A DNA stretch of 64,000 nucleotides, taken from NCBI RefSeq assembly GCF_037042905.1, contig NC_087259.1:22196001-22260000 (forward strand), given 5' to 3'. The DNA is from Lytechinus pictus (taxonomy: Eukaryota). Positions 24,419 through 36,600 of this stretch are shown here, piece by piece. Made by a program: the position numbers and the translations under genes. The notes below the pieces were generated by a model that saw nothing but the letters and a program-made list of their open reading frames with translations, did no database searches and was not told the origin of the DNA. The first letter of the stretch is position 1. The number at the start of each line of letters is the position of its first letter.

Positions 24419-24707
24419 NNNNNNNNNNNNNNNNNNNNNNNNNNNNNNNNNNNNNNNNNNNNNNNNNNNNNNNNNNNNNNNNNNNNNNNNNNNNNNNNNN
24501 NNNNNNNNNNNNNNNNNNNNNNNNNNNNNNNNNNNNNNNNNNNNNNNNNNNNNNNNNNNNNNNNNNNNNNNNNNNNNNNNNNNNNNNNNNNNNNNNNNNN
24601 NNNNNNNNNNNNNNNNNNNNNNNNNNNNNNNNNNNNNNNNNNNNNNNNNNNNNNNNNNNNNNNNNNNNNNNNNNNNNNNNNNNNNNNNNNNNNNNNNNNN
24701 NNNNNNN
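24419..24707. other. Assembly gap (289 N)
   Basis: N run. Confidence 1.
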
Positions 24708-25306
24708 AGTATAGTAGTAATGAATAATAGTACTAATGAATAATAGTACTAATGAATAATAATAGTAGTTAAGTAAGCACTATGTCTAATGTTGTGAATC
24801 TAAAGTATGCAATAGTCTACACAAATTCTGATTAGTATATCAACTATCCTTCATTACATTGGAAAAGCGAGTAATATAGGCCTATTCATTTCGCTTGGAT
24901 TTTTTTAATTTGAAAATTAGTTTAGCTCTTAATGTTAATACCCTGTCTGTATATAGGCCTATTATAATTATCGGGGTGTGAGAGAAAACACAGAGTTATA
25001 TCTTTAACGAATAAATATCGTACATCCTACCAGTGAATTGACAAAATTGGTACGGTAACAACACGCTCAAAGTATATCCCGTGACCCAGTCCTGCTGCAG
25101 GAAATTTCACTTAGGCTACATGGCGCTCGAAAGAAGAAAAATGCTTAAAGGCATGATCGAAAAAGATCTAAAAACTTTCTGTATCTATTATTGTTGTCAT
25201 TTATTAGTAAAATATCATTTTGTTGTCACCATTGTTAAATTGCAACTATCATTATCGTCTCTATTATCATTATCACTATTATCATTATTAATATTATTAG
25301 TATTAT

Positions 25307-25443
25307 NNNNNNNNNNNNNNNNNNNNNNNNNNNNNNNNNNNNNNNNNNNNNNNNNNNNNNNNNNNNNNNNNNNNNNNNNNNNNNNNNNNNNNNNNNNNNN
25401 NNNNNNNNNNNNNNNNNNNNNNNNNNNNNNNNNNNNNNNNNNN
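25307..25443. other. Assembly gap (137 N) next to a TAT/CAT microsatellite
   Basis: N run. Confidence 1.
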
Positions 25444-28400
25444 GCGTATATGCCGCGTGAACAAAGAATACACGCTTTAAGATCAAAATAAGTCATCAAA
25501 TTGATAATAATTTGTTAAATTACGATTTTTTGGTACAATTTTGATATTCAAGGTTCAATATAAAGTAATTTTCCATATTATTTTAAGTGTTATCATTTAG
25601 CTTGGATTTGGCAAGATCGTCCGGACATTATTAAAACTAGACCACAATTCTTAGGCATTTTAGTGCTCCACGATTCAAATCAAGTCTTCTGCTATCATAA
25701 TGATAAGTGACTTGGGAGAATACTATCCAAGGACGAAAAAAAAACACGACATTTTCTATTTCTCGTATAGACAGGAAATTCGAGGCTGAAGAATAAGAGC
25801 ACCATGCATGTGAATTATTTAAGCTGAAAGGAGGTGACAAGCACTCAAAAACTGTGATTTAATCATGAATAAATTGACCTTTACCAGAATAAAAACAGGG
25901 GAGATTTTATCAAGAAAATGGGAGAAATGGAAGTGAAGGAATAGACTGCGCGACAAAGAAAAGTTTTAGATAAATGGGGTAAATATTGAGAAGAGGCGTG
26001 AGAGTTAGGCTTTAATTTATGGAGAGTGAAAATGAAAGGAAAGGCAAAGGGGTGTAGAATAATGGTATGCACCTTAAAGAAAGCTGTATCATCCAAATAG
26101 ATCCACCACGGAGATCCGGGGCGGTTTTATCAGGGGCAATTCATCGACATTATTTTATTGTCTGACAAGTTTTCAGATCAGACAACCATCCAATCAGACA
26201 AAATTCCATTGCATTGATTGGCTGAGAAGCACAGGTGTCAGAATGTTACTATGGCAACTGTCTGAGAAACCTGTCAGTGTTGAGTGCTGACAACTTTCAT
26301 GCAAATCGTAGAAATGTTATTACTAACAGAATCAGATTATAGTACAGAAATATGTCAAGACGTTCATTCAATAAACTGCTACGAAACTAATGATACTATC
26401 ATCACATCTGTTTATGTGTATATACATGTAAAATGAATTATAAAAATGATTTGTTTAAAGAATCGGTTTAATTGTTTCTTCATAGAGGTCTTTCTATACA
26501 TATATTCATGAGGGCGGGATGGGAATGATGCAAAGACAAAGACGATGATAGGTGACTCTCCCTGATTGGGGGGAGGGGGGGGGGGGTGGGGAGGGGTGTT
26601 TTGCATAGAGCTGTCCTTAGTGCAATGTAATGAGCAACACCATATTGAGGGGCTGAGTCTACTGAAAGTGCTCGATATCAGAATAAATGTGAGGGAGCAA
26701 AGCGAGCAAGCAAAATAGACTTTCTTTCTTTTACCATAAATTTGCTTGTGGAATATTATGCCGTATTCACCGTATTCTATTCTTTATCAATGAAAAGGTA
26801 GGGGTATAGGGGAAATGGAAGACAAACTTACTTTAAATTGGCCAGATGCAAAATATTAGTTGGAAAATACAATCCAAAGATTGGTAAAAACTGATAGTTA
26901 CCCAAAGTAAAACAAAACTGTTGCGGACACTAGACCCTATGTCGGTGATGGTTACACAGGGCATGAATTTATTTCTTTAAAAAGTCAATGTAACTTTAAT
27001 TCTTTGTGCACTCATTCGAAACCGATTTATAAACTCTATAGAAACAATATGAATCTCGGAGTGCAGCTTTAAGGAAAACTTTTGGTAATGGCAGGCGTAC
27101 GACTCTGGCTGGCTCAACGCCTTAAAAGTTTGTATCCGACCCGACTTGCTTGCTAATTATAGTGAACTTGCCCCGTTCCTGGCTACGAAATTCTGTGTCG
27201 ATCGTATAATGCCACAAATGTTCTCGTTCAAGTCCATATAACACGTACATGGAGACCTGTAACTAAGACGAGACAGTCATGAATCGTCGAGAGCAGAGAT
27301 TTTATGTGTCGTTTTGCCGGGCTGCTCCAAGATATGGCCAGCGGGGACTCCAACCACTTCGTAAGTTGGCCTCTATTTTAATTAAAGAGATAACACATCA
27401 GTCAAATCCTGTCTTTGATTATTAAGTTTTACTTCGCCTCACATCAAGCAAAGTATTATTATCAAGCTGATGATGTGCGTACGCACTGCGCTTACAGGTC
27501 ATGGCTCAATGTTCTGGTGACGCTTTTTTTTATGTTCTAATATAATCATCAATATGAGATAAATGAATTTGCTTGAGGTGCAAGATATGTTCTTACGAAA
27601 AAATAATCCTCGTTTTTTCCTCGGTAATCTATTATACTAGTAACCTTTTGCTCTTATCCTTTTAGCGGATTTGCTAACATAAAACGATATAAATCTTATT
27701 TACCTGATATATGTTTGTTAGTGGGGGTAATTTGTGCGTGTGTTCGTGTGCCTGTAAACTTCTTAAAATACTAGTATAGGAGTCCATTTATTGGGAGGCA
27801 ACTTAATGTTATTGTTGTTATAATCGCCCGATAGTAATTGATTAATTTCAAGTGCAGATAAAAGCAATACATAATTATTGAGCAGGTGGGAGATGTATTT
27901 ATGGTGATATATATATACAGATGAGGCCAAAAGTGTAAATACACCCATGGAATTCAGTGAAATTTGTTCGCTTGTCAAACATCCCAAATTTACTATATCT
28001 TCAGAAATATAAATACTACCATGACTAATTTAAAATAATGAAAGCGCGTATTATAAGCTCTGGGATAAAAGCATCTTTCAGGTGAAATTTTCTTTGAAGA
28101 CAAGAAGTAATATTCGTGCTAAATGTATTCTATTGTTTGTTATTATATTTTCAAACATCGTTTCATAGAAATATATAAATGTAAAATCTATGAATTATAT
28201 TGCATTTTCTATCATGATATGTCACCACTGAACAAAAAAAATGCGATCTGAAATGTTTGTGTTGAAAAGTAACAAGCACAGTATGAAATGTTTTTGTCAA
28301 GTTTTCATTTTTAATTTGTCTAAAATATGAAGATTTTTTTGTGAAAAAATGATACCTAAATATTTTTCAGCTCCTGATGACAAAGCAATGTGATGAAGGG

Positions 28401-29009
28401 GCAGGACGTACTCATTTATGTGATATCTAATTCGTCATGATAGCACAAACATTTTATAACTTATCTTCGAATTTCCTGGGTGTAATAAATTTCTTCCAAA
28501 ATTATGTTTATAAATACATTTTTTCGCCATTTACCTAAAAGGCATATAATAGTTCGATGGAAAGTATATTGTGTGCAAACTGCAAGGATTACTCTTTTTT
28601 CATTCTTTTTGATGATTAGTTTATCGCATTTAACCGAGCACCATAATTGGGTATCACTTTGATTTTTTTTTGTGAAATTACATAGGCCTATCGATAAAAT
28701 TGGGGAAGGCATGAAAGGGGTGGATGAGTATGCGAATCGCAATTGGGCATTTTCAACAACCAAGTATAATGCTAACCGAGCGCCCGGAGCGTTCTCCCAA
28801 TTTCCCCTTCCTCGTGAAGTGCGGAAGCTTTCGCATATTTCATATCGGTTTTTAAAAATAGAAAATTGAGAGCATAACAAAATCGTCAAGGTTCAGACCG
28901 TCAAAAGCTGATTATATCCCTTTTTAACGAAGGGAAAGAAAAAGTTAATTACTCAATGGTTATTTCTTCATATTTCGAAGCGCGGATTTAGGAAGAAGAC
29001 AACTTAGAT

Positions 29010-29438
29010 TCAACATGATTTATGTAAAATGTACGTGATGTCACATCCCCACTTTTCTTTTTCTTATGTTTTTACATGAAATCATAATTGTTTCATTATT
29101 TTATAAATGTGTAAATGATGTGTCTCCATTAAGAAATAAGTTGCGGCGAGAAATAACTAATGCACTTAATTAGTTGTCAATCCAATTGTTTTATAGTTCT
29201 TGGTATAACATTTTTGAATAAACCCTTTTTTCATGTAATAAAATACAAAAGAACTAGTGGGGATATTACATCATTAGCCCACCTAATGACTTGCCTGTTT
29301 CACCGCGGAATAGTGCAAATCTTTAAAAATTTTATGACTTTGTTATTTCTTATCCGATTTTGATCAAATTTTCAGCATTTTGCTCTGTGAGTTTTACTCT
29401 ATTTCTTGAGATATATATTTTCAGCCTGGAGCATCACT
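29010..29438. mobile_element. Partial Kolobok-like element (same family as 62701-63249)
   Basis: Ends TTTCAGCCTGGAGCATCACT|TTAA; shares GACATCATCAGCCCACCTAAT-like and CCGATTTTGAT..AAATTTTC segments. Confidence 0.65.
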
Positions 29439-29444
29439 TTAACA

Positions 29445-29886
29445 CATAAATTTGGTCCTTCTCAGGTGATACGAGAAATGAGGGCAACTACTGTATAAGA
29501 AGGCAAATGGGCACTTGCAAACGGCATAAGACGGGTCCTTCTCAAGTATGAAAGGGGCACAGAACACATTCATGAGGGGCACTTTTAAAGGGGCACTGAT
29601 TCGAGAAAGGGCACGTACAAGAAGCCAAGGGGGCACATAAAAGCTTCTCAGGTGAAAGGGGCACATGACATGCACGTTGGAGAGGGGGCATTAAAAAAAA
29701 AAAATTGGCACTTATTTATACGAGAAAGGGCACGTGTTAACACCTAAAACGGGTGCTCCTCAGGTGAAAGGGGCACAGTACACGATCGTGAGGGGCACTT
29801 TTCTTGCGTAACAAGGGCACTTTTCAGTGCATGAAAAAGTGGGGGGGGGGGCACTGTGCCCCGGCCCCACAGGATCGCCGCCCCTG
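29445..29886. mobile_element. TIR-element end with dispersed (A)GGGCAC subterminal repeats
   Basis: About 10 GGGCAC motifs; terminus GGATCGCCGCCCCTG. Confidence 0.55.
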
Positions 29887-30491
29887 ATTCTAAACAAATA
29901 GTCATTTTTATTTGAAAAGCTCCTTAAATTGCCCTTTTATTAAATTTTGTTTTAAGTCTAGTCATAGGGGTGGAAGTTTACTTTAACCCACCTATATGAG
30001 TCTACGGTACATGAAATAAATAAACAATAAAAAGATGGGATATTGATATTGATTCTAAATTTGATCGTTGAAGCATGACGTATAGAGTTATACTATTTTT
30101 TTTAACCACCCCTCCTCCAATTGCCCCAAAAGACATTGGATAGAACGCATATTCCATAAACGAGGCCTAGAAAAATGATGCAGAAGAAAGGAAAGGGGCG
30201 AAAATGGAGCGGCCCTTATTGTGAAAAATAGTTTTTATTTTATACCTAAATTTTCAATGTGAATATGAAAAACATCTATCACATTGGGCTACCATTGTGA
30301 GGTTGACAAACAAGTGTGATAATATTGTGTTTTTCTTCTATGGATTTTGAAAACAAATTTATTAGCTTAATCACTTTTCACACTGAGTCGAACTATGGAG
30401 CCTATAGTTAACAAATCATTATTCTCAAAAGAATGTCAACAAAGAGATCAATAGAAAAATATAAATAGATCGCCGAGATACCAAATTATTG

Positions 30492-30503
30492 TGCGCATGC
30501 GTC
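30492..30503 (+). promoter_or_regulatory. NRF1/P3A2-type site just upstream of the MAP2K7 ATG
   Basis: TGCGCATGCGTC, 10/12 match to the NRF1 consensus TGCGCATGCGCA; CAAGATGtC over the ATG resembles a YY1 motif. Confidence 0.5.
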
Positions 30504-30515
30504 ATAATTTCCAAG

Positions 30516-30651
30516 ATGTCTTCTTCCTTGGACCTACGACAAAAATTGAATCAACTCCAAATTAGCATTCAAGATGAAAACAGAGCGAGAAAAGAGAGGC
30601 CATCTATTGATTTTAATTTAGAATCACCTAAGATGCCTCGGCAGAGGCCAG
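30516..30651 (+). CDS. MAP2K7: MAP2K7 exon 1 (MSSSLDLRQKLNQLQ...PRQRP)
   Basis: aagATGt start; similar to human MAASSLEQKLSRLE..ENREARRRIDLNL..QRPRP; G|gtaaga, phase 1. Confidence 0.88.
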
Positions 30652-33600
30652 GTAAGATCAATTCCTCAAGCTTGATCATCACTTTTTGATTTTTAGAGCG
30701 TTTATGGCTTATGCAATGAGAAGATGAAAAGACATCAACAATACACTGTCATTGCACTCCACAATCTGGTGGCAGTGCAGTGTGTCGATGCAATGCACTC
30801 AGCTAGCTCAGCGCTGCATCCGATATGCAAGCCCTGCGATGCGGCGCGACTAGCGACTGTGCTTCGGCTAGATTATAATACTACGCCGTGTTTTTTTTTA
30901 TAACAAAACATTTTTTCCCCTGTTGCGTTTTTCTATTTTTGTTATAAATTAAGATAAGAATTATTGAGATAAATTGAGAACCAACTTCATATGATCATAT
31001 GGCACTGCCTGACCGACCGCCTTCATTGCTTTATTTTTATTTTAGTTTACAATTAATGAATTATGAGATACAGTCCGACCTCTCTTTAATCCGGACATTT
31101 TGGGACCAGCACCATCCGGATCTGCATGATCTGGGAGACCCAATAAATGATAATACACGCAGCTAACTCCCCAATGGTAGCTACGGCCTACACGTAATCT
31201 ACTGTAGTGAGCGTACACAGACAGTATTCACTGACTGCTCGATGCTCTCAGTGCAAATACAGGCGTTTTTTTTAACGGAAATGAAATCGATTGGTTGCCA
31301 AAACTCATAATTTTCCTGCTGATGAAATGATTGAGGAATACATCAAGCATTCCTCAATCAAAAGAAAGAAAACAACTTGATGAAACTTAGACAGCTGGCA
31401 GCCGTCTGCTTCGAGGAGTTTTTTTAACATTAAATTTTTTTTTTAAAATTTCTCCTCGTACACAGACGGCTCGCTATCGTGCAGCCAACATTAGGGGGTT
31501 AACAATGCAAATTCCCCCGACGGGGCTCATCGATTTTTGTCTTTATTTCATAGAAATATATAAAAAGAATTGTACCAAAATAAAGATTATTCCGTTTTGG
31601 CCTGAAACGCTCCAAATCGGAGAAAAAATAATAAGGGGAAAAAAACAGTGATTTACTTCGGCTGTCGCGCAACTTCACTTCCCTGTTTTATCCAAACTTA
31701 ATAATACATAAACATATGGCCATTGAGTCCCCTGTATAGATCGAGCTAGAACTTCGGTCTCTGTATTTGGTGAGTGGAGCCAACGGAGTTCAGCGTAACA
31801 ACCAACATAACAGAGACCGAAGCTTTTGGTCTAGATGAAACTAAGTTGAAAATTGGATCATCGCAGCTTTGCAAAGTCAGCCATTGTTAAGTTATACTGA
31901 CTGTAGGCTCAAACATACATGTAGATGGCGCTCTCCGTAATGCAAAATGAAGCCTGAGCAATAGATGTGTTTATGTTTTTTTTTCCCCCAAAAAAACAAT
32001 TTCGCTGTTCCCTGATTTACTGGAAAATTATCCTGTCTAAGTTAATTTGGTCTCCATAAAAATAATGTGGTTGTAGGTAGACTATATTGGAAAATAAATG
32101 TAATCAAAGAGAGTTTGCGAAGGAATTTTGATTTTAGATTGAAATCTCATCTCCCCATGTACGGTACTAGATTTAAAAAAATCTCTGCAAAACGTGTGCG
32201 TCCAGATAATAGAAAGATCCGGATAAGGGTAGGCCAGTTAAGAGAGGTCGGACTGTAATTTTATTACTCAGTTGCATGATTGATTTGATTGTAATGTTAG
32301 TCCTCTAGAGTAACTGCGTCGGTGCGCGGCTGGGGTTGGTGTGCAGCACGCTAAGCAGACTCGGCAATATACCAGTACTACTGAAATCACCAACACACTC
32401 TAGACATGTACACTACACATTTACTAGCTCACTCCCACACTACAAAATGGTTCATTGAAATGGACAAAATTTTGAACAAAAGTGAAAATTTCTTACCTAA
32501 ATCACCATATCCTGCGTCATAAATATCACACTTGCTATATTTTAACATTGCAGTTAAGAATTACGGGGTCCAAAAAAGTGGATTTTTCATGTTTTTCCCA
32601 ATGTTTGTGGATTTTGAAAATGTCCGCACTAAGCCTGAGTCGAATCGATTTTAAAATCGGTGTTCGATCGATGTCATCGAACGCCGGTGCAGATTTTGCA
32701 AAATCGGTGCATCGAGAAAAAAAAAAATACGTCGGTCGATTCTTTGGTTCACACAATCAATCATCAAAATAAACAGTAATGTCCAACTTGACTACTACTT
32801 ACTTGATTTATATTGCCCCCAAAATGAAACCAATTATGTAATTATGATTACATTACAGTCTCACTCGTCTGCTCGTGCCGAGATAATTTATGCACGATGA
32901 ATTCATGAATGGAAGTCATCGCCATCGATCGTGCATGCGCAGTACTGTGCTTTAATCAAACCAGAAAATGGCCGGAAAATTGACTCGATCAACGTAAAAT
33001 AAATCTTGCTTTCATGAACAATATTAATATCATGACCATAGAACATTATTTAATCGTAATATTTAACAATAATTTTCATATGATAATCATTAATATGAAT
33101 TTAGAGCTTGATGTGAACCGTTTGTATTTCGTTTCAATTTTCAATGACGGACATCACATGACGATCGACTTTAGTGAGTGCACTTGTCTAAAACAAATAA
33201 TTATCACGTCAGGATTGATTCTCGAACATTGTCAACATGCAGAAACTCTTTTCAAGATCGTTATATCACCATATAATGTTTTACATGACAAAACAGAGAA
33301 AATTGCGTTTGATATTTTTCCCATCAATTTGAAGCTAGTTTGTGCCCAACTTTGGGCTCTGATTTCATGAATGGAAAATATGTCATACGTCATCAAACGG
33401 GCATGCGCATTGTGCTTCTTTTCTTGCAGACGTCCAGAGATGGAATAAAAAAAAAAAATGCCAGTATAATACTATTAATTCTTCCACATGAACATAACAT
33501 ACTTTGCTGACGTCGTCAATACTTTTAGTATGGCCATAAAATCTTATTAAATCGTAATTATTTAACATCCAATAATAATTTATATGAATTTAGAGCTCAA

Positions 33601-36600
33601 TCCGAGCGAGACATTCATATTTATTTTGATCGCATGCTCTTGTGTCTAAAATAAAGAAATGGATTATCATATCAGGATTAATTCTTGAACATCGTCATAA
33701 CTCATATTCCACAATCGTTATATCAGCATTGAATACCAATTCAAATGACCATCCAGAGAAAATTACGTATTCCCATCAATTTGGAGCTCATTTTGGATCC
33801 AATTACCCCGCCAACTACACATTCTCAGGCAAGTTGCAGCTGCAGCGCTCTATGCTGGTTGCACTTGTTTGCTGGCGCTGGCAAGCACGCCTGTCGTTTC
33901 GAGAGAGTGATTGTACGGGGCCGCGGACGGGGCTGGTGTGTTCGAGTCTGGACTGCGAATGCTAGTTGACCGAAAATCATTCGGATCGACTCTGCGTGAT
34001 TCATGTCTTTAATATTGTTTCATTTTAAACTTATATGTTGTCATCTGCAAATATCATTGTTGAAGATATTTTGGGAAGAATTCTGCATAATTGGTCCCCG
34101 GCTTTTTTTGTGTTTTGTGATCATGGAAATACAAACAAACTTTGCTCTGTCAACTGCTTGTGCAATGCTCACCCGACCAGCGCATACCGTCAGTGTATGT
34201 GCGTGCATAGTGCATCGACTTGACGGCTGGAGCAAAAAAAAATTGACTCGATTTTCCCCGCCTTCAAAATTCGATGCATCAATGTTCGATCGAATTAAAG
34301 CTGTTGAACACCGGTTTTCAAAATAATCTATATGACTCAGGCTTCGTCCGCACGTAAAAAGAGCACTTTCGCAAGCAGATACGGCTACCATTTCTTCTCA
34401 GAAGTTAATTTTACAAATACAATAAAGAAAATAAGAAAAAACATTTTTATAAACAATAAACAAAAATTATAATAACCCCACAAAATGTAGTGCCCTAAGT
34501 GTGGTTGTTCCATGTACGCTCGCAATTTCAGATCAACTAATTCAATTTTTCAATTAGTTCCCTATTTTAGCTATTTCATTTCCATCTTCATATTCAAATT
34601 ATTCATCATAATTTGTCTTGAGACTGTTGAGAAACACATCCATTCAGTCAAAATACTGTGCGTGAATCTCCAAAATCATGTCCATGAATGAGTTGGCCAG
34701 ATTTATGTGATGCCTGAGCTTGGGCTCTTTAGATTTTATTTTGCCCCAAAAAATGCAAAAACAAAAAATCATTCCTGCATCCATCCCGGTTCAATGTGCT
34801 ACCAGTCGCAAGCTGCGCGAGCTGCTTCAATGCTCGAGTTGGTTGTGAAATTTGATTAGATTAGTGCCTAGTTATTATGTTGGGCGGTGCAAAGTGCATT
34901 AGCACCATCAACCTTTTACTATCTGGCATTTACATGTCTGTTTTGTTCTAAATAGAAAGTAAATCAAATTGAAAGACAAAATAAATTCAACTGTAGCACA
35001 GTTGGGATTCTTATTGTTGCTTTGTTATGGCTAAAAATTCAAAGTGTGAGCTAGGCTTTATTGCTTTCCTTCTTCACTGTATGATATCCTTCCATGTAGA
35101 TTTATATCTAATCTTTGATCTTCTTTTTTTCTCTTATTCGTCCAATTCTAGATTCCAATGGGATCCCATTTTTTTTCACAGGCTCATCACATCTCCCGTC
35201 CTCAATATGTAATACATCCTCAAACCACAACCACTGCTACTCTTTACCGCTTCTGATCCACAACAGTTTCTTCAAACCCTAACCTACCTTTTTATAGATA
35301 TTGGTCGCAAATTTCATTTATATTAAAGGTTGTGCAATTGGGGTAACTTGTCAGAATTGGTAACACCATATTTTGTTAAAAATAAACCTCTTTTGATTCT
35401 AAAATGTTTTAACACCAAATATTACCGTAGTTTGGGCATAATTAGGTCATCGATTAACATATTTTGAATAAACAGCAATGTCAATAACAAATTTCACACG
35501 TTTCCTTAGAAAGATATTTTTTAACAAATGTGTGTGTAAAATTAGACAAGTGCTGTGATGTTTATTTTGTTCAGAACTTATTCTTAGTACAATTTAAGTG
35601 TAACAAAAAAATATCCCTTTAAAATGACTCAATTAGTTCATTTTTTTGGTACCTTCTTGATCCACCTGCTCCATCACCCCAACCTCATAAAATACATTCT
35701 GTTACCATTTTTTTAGTGTACCCGGTAAGCTTTGTTTAATTGTAAAATATTAGTTGCTTTTTAAATTGAGATCTCAGCTCAACTGGGTTGATAGTACAAG
35801 CTTGTCCAAGGGTCTGCTGTTCAAACTACAATTTTGAAAAATGTAACTCTGCCACCCTTTTTTAGGTGCGAGCTCAGGACACAAAGTCCATTATGAAAAG
35901 ATTACAAAAGTTCTCTATTAACAAACAGCTCTATGAAACAGCCATAATAATAATTGCCGGTATGAAGTGAGAATTTCCATTCTGCCTACCTGCAATGTAT
36001 GTTGTTATGAAAATAAGTCTTTACAACTGCCATGTTCTTTGTTTTACTCAGCTCTTCAATTAAATCACAATGGAGGGTTATCACCGCATGCAAGACGGGA
36101 CAAGAAACATGTACAAATGCCGCTATCATGTGGACCTATTAACAGAAGTACAATAGATGGGTAAGTAGAGTTCCAAATTGAAGTACTGAAATGTTTTACA
36201 AATAAACATTTTGTTTTTTTAAATCACAGCTTTTTGGTAGTTCAGAACCTGTGAATCATTCTTGGAACTTGCAACAATGCAGTACTTTTAATGAGTTACA
36301 AAAATAATTACAAGTCATCCATTATTCTCGCTCTAAATTTTGTTAACTACAGATCTTGAGATGTACATTAAAGGTTACACAATATGATAGTTTGATTATA
36401 TTCATACGTTCCAGGTGTGAATTTGTAGAATTGAATACAATGCACCTTTTATATCGATGAATTCAGGGAATCATTTTATACTAGCAACAAAGTTGAAAGG
36501 TTTTTTTTTAGCAATGAGGGTTTAGCAAAGATATGTTGCCCCCACACCTTATGTCTTTGGATGGTCTGAAGCAAAAATGTTTATTTCGTTTGTATTATTT

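Noticed and set aside
25081-25499. ORFs spanning the second gap
   Set aside because: Artefacts of N runs and the TAT microsatellite.
28461-28889. 142-aa minus-strand ORF
   Set aside because: Non-ATG start, AT-rich low-information sequence, no recognisable domain or splice chain.
32482-34391. Cluster of 60-118 aa ORFs as a possible transposase
   Set aside because: They lie mostly within a non-autonomous TIR element; no DDE, zinc-finger or HTH motif and no consistent frame.
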